A stretch of 64,000 bases of DNA from Octopus sinensis (taxonomy: Eukaryota). Shown here in pieces: positions 14,025-27,539 of this stretch. Made by a program: the position numbers and the translations under genes. Within the stretch, counting starts at the first letter, position 1. Every line of letters starts with the position of its first letter. The stretch covers positions 107,260,001 to 107,324,000 of the forward strand of contig NC_043003.1 of assembly GCF_006345805.1 (NCBI RefSeq). Reading direction: 5' to 3'. Under the pieces are notes generated by a model, which saw only the letters and a program-made list of their open reading frames with translations, was not told the DNA's origin and searched no databases.

Positions 14025-14395
14025 ATTATTACCTCTGCCTTAGCGAAGGCAGAGGTATTGTTTTCAGTCATATTTGTTTGTTTGTTTGTACATGGACAAG
14101 ATATCTCAAGAACCGCTGGATGGATTCAAATGAAACTTTCAGGGATGTTTGGCCCCATGACTAACACGAACTGATTAGATTTTGGGATTAATCTGGCCCC
14201 AGACAAGGATTCTGGATTATTTTTTGGTTTTTTTTTACTAAAATTTTGAGAGAGGTCGTGTTCCTTTTTAGTATCCTCATTTGGGAGAGCAGTCAAGATT
14301 ATTTCAGATATTCTCGTTTTAAAAATCATCTCAGGCTAATCGTTGAGAGGATGTTGGTGTTGCCTTGGCAGAGATTTGCGCTGTGAGTGCTCTTA
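14025..14395 (+). mobile_element. Helentron-associated (HINE/DINE-like) non-autonomous element
   Basis: 5' hairpin tacctctgcct-tagcga-aggcagaggta, an internal (gttt)n tract and 3' ccttggcagag...gcgctgtgagtgc, inserted in an ATT microsatellite. Confidence 0.55.
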
Positions 14396-14628
14396 TTATT
14401 ATTATTATTATTATTTTTATTATAAAGTTGGAAAGCTGGCAGAATCGTTAGCATGCTGGATGAAATGCTTAGCGGTATTTCACTCGTCACTACATTCTGA
14501 GTTCAAATTCTGCCGAGGTCAACTTTACCTTTCATCCTTTCAGGGTTGATAAAATAAGTACCAGTGAAACACAGGGGTCGACTAGTCCCCTCCCCACAAA
14601 TTGGAGGCCTTGTGCCTATAGTAGAAAG

Positions 14629-14670
<42 letters not shown>

Positions 14671-15061
14671 GGTGGCAATCAGGCTGAACTGTTAATGAAC
14701 TGAACTGCATGGCAGCAGTTTCTTGCGACTCTTTATGTTTGAGTTCCAATGTCACCAAGGTCAACTTTGCCTTCCACCCTTTCAAGGTTGATAAAATAAA
14801 GTACCAATAGAGTACCAGGGTCAACAATTGACTATCACCAACACACACACATACACACACACCACTTCCCCCCAGAAAGGCAAGTTAAAGACTTGAAGTA
14901 ACAAAATTGTCAACAAGGAGCAGGAATGGTTAGGGTTGCAATAAAACTTAGTGCTATGGTAGCAGGAGTGAATGAGTAAGGGGAGGAGGAAGAGGGGGAG
15001 GAAGAGAGGGGAAGGGGGAGGAGACAAACTTCACTCACAAATTTTTTCAAACATACAACAG

Positions 15062-15460
15062 CAGGAGTGGCTGTGTGGTAAAGTAGCTTGTTTACTAACC
15101 ACATGGTTCCGGGTTCAGTCCCACTGCGTGGCACCTTGGGCAAGTGTCTTCTACTATAGCCTCAGGCCGACCAAAGCCTTGTGAGTGGATTTGGTAGACA
15201 GAAACTGAAAGAAGCCCGTCATATATATGTATATATATATGCGTGTGTGTGTTTGTGTGTCTATGTTTGTCCCCTAGCATTGCTTGACAACCGATGCTGG
15301 TGTGATTATGTCCCCCGTTACTAAGCGGTTCAGCAAAAGAGACCAATAGAATAAGTACTGGGCTTACAAAAGAATAAGTCCCTGGGTCGAGTTGCTCGAT
15401 TAAAGGCGGTGCTCCAGCATGGCCGCAGTCAAAATGACTGAAACAAGTGAAAGAGTAAAA
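15062..15460 (+). mobile_element. SINE family A
   Basis: Full copy. Confidence 0.9.
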
Positions 15461-15730
15461 GAGAGAGAGAGATATGTGTCTGTGTTTGTATGTCTGTGTG
15501 TCTGGCAAAGACACCATGGCTTAAAGTGGCTAAAGTATTCAGCTCACAGTCATAAGGTCATGTGTTCAATTCCTGGTGGCCCTTGTTCTATTTGAGCTAG
15601 TCACTTTATTTCGTTTTGCCCCAATCATCCAACTGACAAAAATGGGTTGTCATTCAAAGGGGCCAGCCTCGTCACATTCTGCGTCACATTGAATCTCCCT
15701 GAGAACTACCTTAAGGGTATATGCATCTAA

Positions 15731-15962
15731 AGGCGGCGAGCTGGCAGAAACGTTAGCACTCCGGGCGAAATGCGTAGCTGTATTTCGTCTGCCGTTACGT
15801 TCTGAGTTCAAATTCCGCTGAGGTCGACTTTGCCTTTCATCCTTTCGGGGTCAATAAATTAAGTACCAGTTACATACTGGAGTCGATGTAATCGGCTTAA
15901 TCCGTTTGTCTGTCCTTGTTTGTCCTCTCTGTGTTTAGCCCCTTGTGGGTAGTAAAGAAATA
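15731..15962 (+). mobile_element. tRNA-derived SINE family B (Nin/Deu-like core gcctttcatcctttcggggtc..taaa..agtacc)
   Basis: Head ggcggcgagctggcagaa and B box gagttcaaattcc; nested in a family D copy. Other copies at about 11312, 13514, 13750, 14428, 14670, 21798, 24718, 36613 (+) and 35515, 39325, 58595 (-). Confidence 0.85.
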
Positions 15963-17269
15963 GGTATACACATCTGCGGAGTACTCAGCCACTTGCATGT
16001 TAATTTCACAAGCAAGCTGTTTTGCTGGTAAAATTAACTGGAACACTCGTCGTTGTAACTGACAGAGTGTTTGTTATGTATGTATGTGTGACTACAAATA
16101 TTAAGAGATCAAATGAATGCATATGTGTGTGTGTGTGTATGTGTGTGTGTGTGTGTGTGTGAGCATTTGCATATCTTTGACTGTTTTCTGCAATTGCGAT
16201 AAACTGATAAAGCATTGTGTCAAAACAAAAGTAACTTTGTCATGTATTACTCGACCCAAGCTGCATAAATACTCTCTTATCACTCTTGCCATTACAAATG
16301 CTGTGAACCAGCTGCTGCTGTAGTCTTATCAGAAACCAATGACTTGATTGTTCACAAAATGCACAGCAAACAACAGCAACAATAACAATAAGTTGGATTT
16401 GTTTGCTTCCCCTCTTAATCTACACAAACATTCAATTCTACCCAGCTGACTCTGACCCATCTTAATTTAATCTAACTCCATTTGATTCAATTATAATTTA
16501 CTGCATGTCCCTTCTCTCTTCCTTTTGTCACTGTGTAAAACCCACCTAAGTCGCCTATCTCTCTTCATTATTGCTATGACTCTGACATTGTCCTGATAGA
16601 TATCTACCTATTCCATCCTATCTTCTCCATCTCATTAAAGTTTGCTTGTAGCCCGAGCTGTTGCATTCTGTTTTGGAAACCGCCAGCATGGCTTCCATTT
16701 CCCAATGTTTCCGCTTTCATTTCCTGATGTTTCCGTATCCACCGTGTGCCCACCCTTGCCTGCCACCATCATCTATACCAGAAACCTTTCACGGCAACCC
16801 CTTTCTCCCACCTCCATCAGTACTGGCTCCCACCTTGCTGCAACACAAACACTGTAGCTTGTTAGTTTGTACCAAAGAATACAAAACTGAACATGACTAA
16901 GCATGTACTTAGTTTCATTGTTTTGTTAATTAAACAGCCAATTATCCATACATAATGAATTAACTACCCTTATCTTATCTATTTACCTAACTTACCTGTC
17001 CTTGTATTAACATTCCTTTGTACTAATGCTGGTATATGGCACCCGCCACCAACGAAGGTGACAATAATTAATGCATGTATTTACTTGTATCTCTACTAAC
17101 ACTGCTTGTACTAATGCTGGAATAGCACCGACCTCCAGTGGAGGCAGCAGTGTAACATGAATGATGGTGGATTAAATGTGAGGACAACTGCTATGACATG
17201 TCTGTTAACAAACACTCGTTACAACCCACTTTTCAGATGCCAAGAGTCACAGTTCCCCATCCTCATGTT

Positions 17270-19115
17270 ACCACCTGCCTCCTCTTACACTCCATCAGAG
17301 TTGGCACTATCAACGTAGGCACATTGAAAGGTAGGTTTGGTGAGATTGGTGAAATGCTTGAATAGAGACGTGTTGATGTGTGTTGCATCCAAGAAGTGAG
17401 ATGGAGTGGGGCTTCAGCCAGGTTCCTTACTAACAAAAGGCATAGGTATAAATTCTTCTGAAAGGGCAATGGGGTAGGAGCTCTAGCAGAGGAATGGGTA
17501 AATAAAGTAATTGAGGTAGCCAAAGTATGTGCTGGAGTACATAAGCTTAAACTAGTTTTGCAGATTAACACACCCTAACTAGGTCTGTCAGATGAACAAA
17601 AGGACTCCTTTTTGACGCTCTTTTGCAGGCTACCTCAAAGACAAATGATAGTGACCCTATGCTGAATTCAAAGGACATGTTGGACAACACCCAGGGTGTC
17701 TTCCATAAGGTACATGGAGGCCATGGAATCGGTTCCTGAAATGAGAAGGGGAGAAGGTTGCTGGAGTTCTGTGATGCATATGACCAAATGATCTTCAGAA
17801 AGCCAGCCGGTTACCTAATAACCTATAAATCCGATGACCACACCAGCCAGATTGACTATATTCTCACCAGTAAGTGTGATTCATGATCGCTCATAAATGC
17901 AAAGTCCTTCCCTGATGAAGAATGTACCCTACAACATAGATTAGTAATTAGTGATTTCCGACTACAGGCAAGAAGGATTCCAAGAAGCAAACCACTCTGG
18001 AAAAGAAGGATCTATAAGCTTAAGGATCCTTTGAATAGTCAGAGATTTAGAGATGTCTTAACTGAAGCATTTAATGAGAAGGCGAGGGGCCTGGTGCAGA
18101 CTCCTGGCTTCCCAAACCCCAGTCGAACTGTCCGATCCATGCCAGCATGGAAAACAGACACTAAATGGTGGTGGTGTTGGTGGTGGTGAGGGGAGGATGG
18201 GAGGAGGAGGAGGAGTTATAGAAATGTGACATAGAGAATAACTGGAAGTTCCAACGAAACAACTTACTGAGAGCCACTGAACAAATTTTTGGTTGGTGCT
18301 GAGTCCTGGCCAGACCTTGAGTGACATGGTGGCAGAACAGTCTAGTTGACAGGGCCATTAGGGAAAAGAAACAGGCTTTTGGGAGCAATGGAAAGGTGGT
18401 GGTAGCAAGAAACTGTATCGGATAATTAGAATGCAGGTATACTCAGCCATGGAAGAAGCAGAAAGGAAGAAGTTTGCCAATGTTCTGCAACACGAGGACC
18501 AGCAGCTTGAAGTGTTTCAGTTTGCAAGGCAGCGTAGCAAGGAAAATGGTGATGCGGGAGAGAAGTGTGTTCATATAAATGATAGCTCATTTTTTTCTTT
18601 TTTCTTTTACTTGTTTCAGTCATCTGACTGCGGCCATGCTGGAGCACCGCCTTTAGTCGAGCAAATCGACCCCAGGACTTATTCTTTGTAAGCCCAGTAC
18701 TTATTCTATCGGTCTCTTTTTGCTGAACCGCTAAGTGACGGGGACGCAAACACACCAGCAACGGTTGTCAAGCAATGCTAGGGGGACAAACACAGACACA
18801 CACACATACATATATATATATATACATATATACGACAGGCTTCTTTCAGTTTCCGTCTACCAAATTCACTCACAAGGCATTGGTCAGCCCGGGGCTATAG
18901 CAGAAGACACTTGCCCAAGGTGCCACACAGTGGGATTGAACCCGGAACCATGTGGTTGGTTAGCAAGCTACTTACCACACAGCCACTCCTGCGCCTATTT
19001 GCAGTGACTCTGCAAAGAAAGGGGCTTGGAAGTGCCATTACGAAAGGCTGCTAAATGTAGAGGGCTCATGGGAGAAGGAGAGTCTGCTTAAAGTGGATCC
19101 ATCTGAGGGGCCAGC
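17270..19115 (+). mobile_element. RTE-clade LINE fragment (APE endonuclease region), decayed and interrupted by SINEs
   Basis: Translates as RVGTINVGTLKG...RRVDVCCIQEVRWSG...QIDYIL...QHRLVISDF, with stops and frameshifts. Confidence 0.85.
18600..18997 (-). mobile_element. SINE family A nested in the RTE fragment
   Basis: Full copy; RTE sequence resumes on both sides. Confidence 0.9.
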
Positions 19116-19820
19116 AATAAAATAAATATAAACAAAATTAATTTAGGAAAAGAATAAGGAGCAGATGTGGCTGTGTGATTCAGAAACTTGCTTCTCAACC
19201 ATGAGATCTTGGGTTCAGTCCCACTGTGTGGCACACTGGGTAAGCGTCTTCTACTATAGCCCCAAACTGACCAAAGCCTTGTGAAGGGGCCTGGTAGATG
19301 GAAACTGAAAGAAGTCCATCATGTGTGTGCGCACGCGTGCGTGTGTGATTCCACCATCAATTGACAACCAGTGTTGGTTTGTTTATGGTTCCATAACTTA
19401 GCGGTTTGGCAAAATAGATTGATAGAATAAATGTCATACTTGAAAAAGTGGTTATTGGTCAACTAAACCCATAGAGATGGTGCCACAGTCCACAGTCCAA
19501 TAACAAATAAACAATAAAAACAATTATATATAATACATATAAAAGGCATAAATCTATGGCTTACTTGTTTTTCTTGCGAGGTCCCTTCAAAAGTGTCGGG
19601 CATGATGTGACCAAGAATAGCAAATTGATCAACGCAGTCTTTTAATATAGTGACCAAATATATGGACTCCAAGCTTTTGATTTTCACAGTGGAACTAAAA
19701 ACAAAATAACAAAAAGTAAAACAGAGATGTTATCGGAGTAAAGATTATTTGCCAACATAACATGGCAGTCTTGATTTAGAACGAATGTTGCTGTAATTTA
19801 GCCCCAGGAGAAATCATCTC

Positions 19821-20024
19821 CAGGTGGTTATACGACATGATGTGTGTCCTTATATTTTCGAACAAGGGAAGCTAGCACCACCTCTAGCCAAACAAATATT
19901 CTGTGCCGACAAAGGGAAATAACCCGGAAATCATGATACACAGATATTGTTTTGAGCTGAGTTGGGGTGCTAGATTCCCTTGTTCAAAAATATAAGGACA
20001 CAGATCATGTCGTATAGCCAGCTG
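19821..20024. repeat. Imperfect palindrome, about 85 bp arms
   Basis: tatacgacatgat..gtgtccttatatttt..gaacaagggaa..ctagcacc pairs with ggtgctag..ttcccttgttc..aaatataaggacac..atcatgtcgtata. Confidence 0.9.
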
Positions 20025-20134
20025 TAGACAATGTCCCCTGCAAAGACAACCCCAATTTTACTTAACTTGGTGTGTCCTCTCAAGCACAGCAAAGCACCAG
20101 GAGCCTGGATCCCCTATCATCCCCTCTGTGAAGC

Positions 20135-20191
<57 letters not shown>

Positions 20192-21034
20192 TGTATGTAT
20201 ACATATATATACATACATCTACTAAACATGTAGGAAATTCTGTCAGTGGGTGTGTTTGTGGAGTTGTTGGCTGAAAACCTCATGGCATACTCAGATTGTT
20301 GAAAAAAATCGATAATAGGGCCCCTGGAAGGGATCCTTCTCTATAGCTAAGGGAAATAACTCATTCATTTTCCTAAATGATTTGGTAAAAATGAAATTGA
20401 GTATGCTTATTTCTTAGTATTTGAACTATTAGAGTTATTTTCACAATTTATCCAGTACAACCCTTACACAAGTATATAGTATTTTCCTAAACAATAGATC
20501 CCCTTATTTCAGTAAGTGACTTATTCATGAATATACCAACACTAGCGCCCCTGAGGGTAATCTTCTCTGGGAATGCACAAAAGCCCTTTTCAGAGTTATT
20601 TACTTTGAATTGTTATTATCTCATATCTGATCAGCCTGTTATTACGTAGCATGCTTCATGATTTTTGTATGCATACCTTATTAGTATTTCCTCCTAAGTT
20701 CTATATACTCTGAGAATGTATTAAAACCCTTTTCAGGGCTACTTTATTTGAATTCTTACTATCAGGTAACTACTTTCATGTTATTACATAACTGACTTCA
20801 CAATTTGGGTATTCATAACTTATTGAAAATTCCTAAAAGCACGATCCTGTCCAAGATAGTTCGGTATTCTCTGTAAATGCAAAAAAAACTGTTTTAAGGG
20901 CTACATATTTTGTATTGTTATTAGATTAGTGAAACAATTATGAGAATGGAACCAAGGCATCAGCCCCGCTTTCCCAGGAATTACCGGGTACATCAGCTAG
21001 TACATATATATATATATATATATATTTATATACT

Positions 21035-21423
21035 CTTATTCTTTACTCTTTTACTTGTTTAAGTCATTTGACTGCGGCCATGCTGGAGCACTGCCTTTAG
21101 TCGAGCAAATCAACCCCGGGACTTATTCTTTGTAAGCCCAGTACTTATTCTATCGGTCTCTTTTGCCGAACTGCAAAGTGACGGGGCCGTAAACACACCA
21201 GCATCGGTTGTCAAGCAATGCTAGGGGGACAAACACAGACACACACACATATATATATATACATATATATGACAGGCTTCTTTCAGTTTCTGTCTACCAA
21301 ATCCACTCAGAAGGCATTGGTCGGCCCGGGGCTATAGCAGAATACACTTGCCCAAGATGCCACACAGTGGGACTGAACCCGGAAACATGTGGTTGGTTAG
21401 CAAGCTACTTACCACACAGCCAC
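21035..21423 (-). mobile_element. SINE family A
   Basis: Full copy. Confidence 0.9.
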
Positions 21424-21457
<34 letters not shown>

Positions 21458-21707
21458 TATAGATATAGATATCTATCTATCTATATATATATATATAGAC
21501 AGATAGATAGATATATATATATCAAAAGGATGTGTTATAATACTATTCCACGTATACAAAAACAGCCACACTGACAATCCAACATATGTCCATCATCAGC
21601 TGCCTCATGGATATCATTATGGTTTCGCCATCTGGGCAGCACCATTCAATCTGGCGGTGTCAACAGCACTAAAAGAAGTGCTGTTTGGGAACAAAACACA
21701 CACACAC

Positions 21708-21754
<47 letters not shown>

Positions 21755-21797
21755 GTGTGTGTGTGTATATGCATATATAGGCAAGCTGGTAGAAAAA

Positions 21798-22027
21798 GCG
21801 GCGAGCTGGCAGAAACGTTAGCATGCCGGGCGAAATTCATAGCCGTATTTCGTCTGTCGTTACATTCCGAGTTCAAATTCCGCCGAGGTCGACTTTGCTT
21901 TTCATCCTTTCGGGGTCGATAAATTAAGTACCAGTTACACACTGGGGTCGATGTAGTTGACTTAATCCCTCTGTCTGTCCTTGTTTGTCCCCTCTGCGTT
22001 TAGCCCCTTGTGGGTAATAAAGAAATA
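21798..22027 (+). mobile_element. SINE family B
   Basis: Full copy, near-identical to 15731-15962. Confidence 0.88.
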
Positions 22028-24934
22028 TATATATATACATATATATATATGCATATGCATGTATGTCTTTGTGTTTGGGTTTGTCTCTCCACCACTGCTT
22101 TTGATGACTGGTGTTGGTTTGTTTACATCGCTGTAACTTAGCAGCTTGGCTAAAAGAGATTGATAGAATAAGTACCAGGCTTTAAAAAAAAATCTAAGAA
22201 CTGGGGTTGATTTGTTCACCTGAAATTCATCAAGGCAGTGCCCCAGCATGGCTGCAGTCCAATGACTGAAACAAGTAGAAGATAAAAGGACACACAATTT
22301 TGTTGTTTTAAGTAATTCTAACAAAGTGAGAGAGAGAGAGAGAGTTGTGTGGAAGAGTGAAAGACAAAAAAGAAAGAAGCGTTGACCTCATTCTTTAACC
22401 AGTTCTTTATTGTGTAAAGCTAAAAGACAAAACTGATCTCTATGCAGTTCAGAGAACTGAAACCTGTCACAATTACCACAAGGTATTCCATCAGATTCTC
22501 TAAAATATTTCTGCTAATTTACCATTTTCTTATAGGTAAGAACAAACAAAATTAAATACATTATCAAAGTTTTCTTTTCTGAGAATTTTCCAAGTTTTAT
22601 CTAATGAAATTAGATAAAACTTGTTTTCCTGACTAATTATATATATATTTCTTTATCCTGGTTATTTTTGCTTATTATTTTTATTTTCATTTTCTAATTA
22701 GCTTTTTCTAATAATATAATTTCAGCTAATCTTTGAAGTAATTTAACTTAGCAAGTTGCAAGAACTTGCACTGAATCATTGATACAGAATTATTATCCTT
22801 GAACATTTCTAAGTTTGAACTTCTAAGAAATTACGAAAACCGCTGATTGGATTAGTTGCATTTCAGATTTAGAATTCTACTAATCTAGACTCAAAAATTT
22901 GTTGTCATTCATTTTGTGTTTTGTTTCGTTTTGTTTTTTTTTTTTTTCCTTCATTGCTTCATCAGAGGAAGTGAAAAGTCACTGACTTTCTTCTTAGGAT
23001 CTCATGCTTCAGCAAAAAGAAACCCATCTATCAGACATCTATTGGTTCTTCCTTTATCAACCTCTGGACTATGGCCATTCTGGGGCACCTCCTTCGAGAG
23101 TTTAGTCAAACAAATCACACCCCAAAAGGACAAAAGGCAAAGTCGACCTCAGCAAAAATTGAACTCAGAACTTAAGGAACTGGGAGAAATGCTACTAAGT
23201 ATTTTAAAAAACTTGTATACATCTCAATGCATGCTGCCTAAAAATGACATACAATGGAATGTGCCTATCAGCTGAGCCAGAGGCTAAAATTAAAGCATTG
23301 AAAATCAGCAGCCCATAGCTTTCCTTACTCAGCACTGGTTATAGGAAGTTTCACCATAAACATTTTTAACATAGAAAAATTCAGCATAAAAAAAATTAAA
23401 AATAAATTACAAAAAGACTGGCCTCCATGCTGGTGGCACGTAAAAAGCACCATCCGATCGTGGCCGTTTGCCAGTCTCATCTGGCACTTGTGCTGGTGGC
23501 ACGTAAAAAGCACCCACTACACTTACAGAGTGGTCGGCGTTAGGAAGGGCATCCAGCTGTAGAAACTCTGCCAGATCAGACTGGGCCTGGTGCAGCCTTC
23601 TGGCTTCCCAGACCCCAGTTGAACCGTCCAACCCATGCTAGCATGGAAAGTGGATGCTAAACGATGATGATGATGATGATGATAATGATTAACTGCTTTC
23701 TTAAAATGGCAACTTCATCTGCTAAACCTACCAATTACAGAAAATTATCTTTTAAAAATGAGTTTTCTAGTTTACAGTCAGCTGTGTGCTTCCTTTATGT
23801 TGAAATTTCCTCTGACAAATTTTCCAAAGGGAAAAATATTTTAAGGTGAATTTTCTGGACATGGCTTCATGCCATCATATTTACTCTAATTAAATGTTCT
23901 GTTCCCAGCAAACATTAACGAGACGTTTTCCAAGAGAGCCTCTCTTTGTTAATGATTTCTATGGAATATAAAAAAAATAAGTCCCACTTTACAAGCTATT
24001 GATTAATGAGTGTTAATTAGAAATGAGAACTACTTGTCTGCATGAACACCCAAGTACAAACGAGCTGAGAGAAGAACTGGGCAGAAGAGGAATCAGGTGT
24101 AGTGTGTAAGAGAGAGAGAGAGGAGAGAGAGAGAGCTGTGCTGGTCTGAACATGTGGTGTGCATGGAGGATGAGTGCTATATAAGGAAGTATTGAGTACT
24201 GAGAAGACCCCCTTCGGTCACGAATGACCATGGGATTGCACCTAGAAAGTTACCCTCCCAAGCACAAGTCCGGGCAAGTTTGTTTATGGAAGACCAGCAG
24301 TCACCCATGCATACCAGCCTCCCCTCTCCACGCCACCAGTGTTATCCAAGGGAAAAGCAAAGGGGCCAATACAGCTTGGCACCAGTGACGTTGCAACTCA
24401 TTTCTACAGCTGAGTGAACTGAAGCAATGTGAAATAAAGAGTCTTGCTCAAGGACACGACACGCAGCCCGGTCCGGGAATCAAACTCACAACTTCACAAT
24501 CGTAAGCTCAATGCTCTAACCACTGAGCCATGCACCTTCACTGAGTCCTACAAGTAAATGAAACCTGTTGAAAAGGGAGGTCAAAGAAGAGGAGATTGGC
24601 CTGATGGTGGACAAAGAACTGGACTGATTGGCAATATGTCATGCAGCAGAAAACCCAGTGATTTATAGTAAAACATGCCCTGGCACAAGAAGCCATAATA
24701 TATATATATTGTAAGAAAGCAGTGAGCAGGCAGAAACATTAGCGTGCCAGGTGAAATGCTAGGTGGTATTTTGTCTGTCTGAGTTCAAATTCCACCGAGG
24801 TCAACTTTGCCTTTCATCCTTTCGGGGGTCGATAAATTAAGTACCAGTTGCGTACTGGGGTTGATCTAATCGACTGGCCCCCTCCCCCAAAATTTCAGAC
24901 CTTGTGCCTAGAGTAGAAAAGAATACATATATAT

Positions 24935-26890
24935 TGTAAGTTCCAAAATTTGAACAGAAACGCAACAAAGAAACAAACGAAAAATTCACACACAGGACAG
25001 GATGTTGCTAATTCCTCATCAGTTATCATCACCATTCCTCCAGATCTTCCTCTCTCTGAGGCAGATTGCTCCCTCATCAGTAGGGGTCTGCACTTCATCC
25101 CCCTCACTCCATCCAGCAACGAATTTCGGACACGTGCCAATATCCACAGCTTCGTGCACGGTTTTAGGTTGTGTGCGCTTTTCCGCGACACTCCACCTGC
25201 ATCTAATGAGGAGGACTGCTTCACCGACCTAGGCCACCGACCATCCCAGTGGACGCCAGCTCCTGGCCAGTTCCAAGCAGTCGATCTTTTTGCAGGCGCC
25301 TGCCAGCGCACTGGGGACCGGTTTAACTTTTCCAGGCATCACTATCATCTGAACATCTCCCCAGCCAAACTCTCAGCCCCTCAATGTCTCCGATGCCACA
25401 CTGACATCATCATAAAATCGGCTGACAAGGGTGGAGCCATGGTAGTTTGGCGTGTGAACCTCTACAAGGCTGAAGCTATCCGCCAAGGTCAAGACATCTC
25501 CTTCTACTGTCCTCTGCCCTCTGACCCTACGCCCAGCTACCAACAGACTGTGTCCTCCACTGTCCATTGACCTCATCTCCTCCTCCCGTCTCCCACCACC
25601 ACCTCCAACCTCATTGTCAGCACCCCTCGCACCTCCACAATTTACTTCCTCCCCCAAATCCACAAATTTAACAACCCTGGCCGCTCCATCGTCTCAGCCT
25701 GCAACTGCCCCACCGAACTCATCTGCAGATATCTTGACCATATCCTTGATCCCCTAGTGGCTTCCTTCCCCCCTTCACATCCATGACACCAACCACATGC
25801 TTTGTCTGTTCAACTTCTTCTCCTTCCCTCTTGGCCCCTCTAAACTTCTCTTCCATCTTGACATCCAGAGCCTTTACATGGTGATCCCTCACCACAGGGG
25901 GCTGCGTGCACTCCAACATTTCCTTGACCTTCAACCCAACCCCCAACTCAACACATCCACACTCGTTCATCTGGCCAAACTTGTCCTCTCACTCAACTGC
26001 TTCTTGTTCGCAGGTGATTTCTACCAGTAGTTCTCAGGAGTGGCCATGGGAACGAGAATGGGCCCCAACTATGCGAACCTGTTCGTTGGCAATGTTGAGG
26101 CCCAAATATTCTCAAGTTTCACTGGTCCCCCTCTCCCAAACTGTCCAGCTGTTATATTGATGACTGTATCGGTGCAACCTCACTCTCCCACAAACATCTA
26201 GACTCCTTCCTCTCTTTTGTCAAATCTTTCCATCCTGCCCTCCAATTCTCCGGCACTATCTCTGACACCTCTTTCTCCTTTCTTGACATGTCAGTCAGCA
26301 TTCATCACTCCACTCTCACCACCTCCATCCACTACAAACACACAGACTCACACTCATACCTTAACTTCTCCTCTTCCCACCCCAAGCTTTCCATCCCCTA
26401 TTCCCAATTCCTCTGTCTATGCAGGCTCTGTAGTGACGACCATGACTTTGAGACTCAGTCTCAAGTCATGGCTCGCCACTTCATCCTATATGGATATCCC
26501 CTCACCACTATCCACACCGCCCTTGCCAGAGCACGTTCCGTAGACCGTGCATCTGCTCTCTCCCCCCAAAACCGCCCTGCCATCTCCCGCCTCCCGTTTA
26601 CCCTCACCTACCACCCCATCTCTCCAATGCACCATTCTCCAAGCTTTCCGGCAACTCCAGTCCAACCTCTCCACTTTGCACATCTTCCCTAACCGACCCC
26701 TCCCCTCCTTCAAACGAGCCCATTTGGTCCACAGCTTCTTCCCTAACCCAACCTCCCAACCGGGCTCATTTCCCTCCTCCCACCCACGCTGCCAACTTGC
26801 CTTTACATCTCCAACACCACCCTCCTCACTAGCACCCATCATCAACCCTATCACATCACTGACTCCTTCACCTGCACTTCTACCAATGTC
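24935..26890 (+). mobile_element. Penelope-like retroelement RT pseudogene
   Basis: IIIKSADKGGAMVVW, YFLPQIHK..PGRSIVS, DIQSLYM, GVAMGTRMGPNYANLFVG, YIDD, FLDMSV, SIPYSQFL; multiple frameshifts. Confidence 0.9.
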
Positions 26891-26892
26891 AT

Positions 26893-27295
26893 GCAGTGGG
26901 ACTGAACCCAGAACCATGTGGTTGGGAAGCAAGCTACTTACCACACACTCATTCCTGCACCTACAGCCACTCAACGGGCTTCTTTTCAGTTTCCATCTAC
27001 TAAATCCACTCACAAGGCTTTGGTCGGCCCAAGGCTATAACAGAAGACACTTGCCCAAGGTGCCACGCAGTGGGTCTGAACCCTGAACCATGTGGTTGGG
27101 AAGCAAGCTACTTACCACACACTCATTCCTGCACCTACAGCCACTCAACGGGCTTCTTTTCAGTTTCCATCTACTAAATCCACTCACAAGGCTTTGGTCG
27201 GCCCAAGGCTATAACAGAAGACACTTGCCCAAGTGGGAATGAACCCGCAAACATGTGGTTGGGAAGCAAGCTTCTTACCACACAGCCACGCCTAT
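26893..27295 (-). repeat. Head-to-tail tandem of SINE A 5' halves, 174 bp period
   Basis: 26946-27058 is repeated identically at about 27120-27233. Confidence 0.88.
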
Positions 27296-27317
27296 GCCAT
27301 TATATATATATATATGC

Positions 27318-27520
27318 TGTAGACTGCCACAAGGGATCCTTAGGGAAACTTAAGTTGAACATCCTATCAACACATCCCACCGATGCAATGCTGAGACAGG
27401 TCACAGAAGCTGTTTGTATACAAGAATACAAACCTACTCTCAGCCGAAAATCCGAATGGAGTAACATCCAGATCCCATTCAGGAGGACCATTCTATAACC
27501 ACCCCTCTCTCTCTTGTTTA
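27318..27520 (+). mobile_element. Penelope-like GIY-YIG C-terminal fragment
   Basis: LRQVTEAVCIQEYKPTLSRKSE resembles the EA..I....P.LN end of PLE endonucleases. Confidence 0.6.
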
Positions 27521-27539
27521 CATGATGAGAGGGACAAAC

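Noticed and set aside
15731-15820. tRNA-like A/B boxes
   Set aside because: SINE heads; no complete cloverleaf, so no tRNA genes are called.
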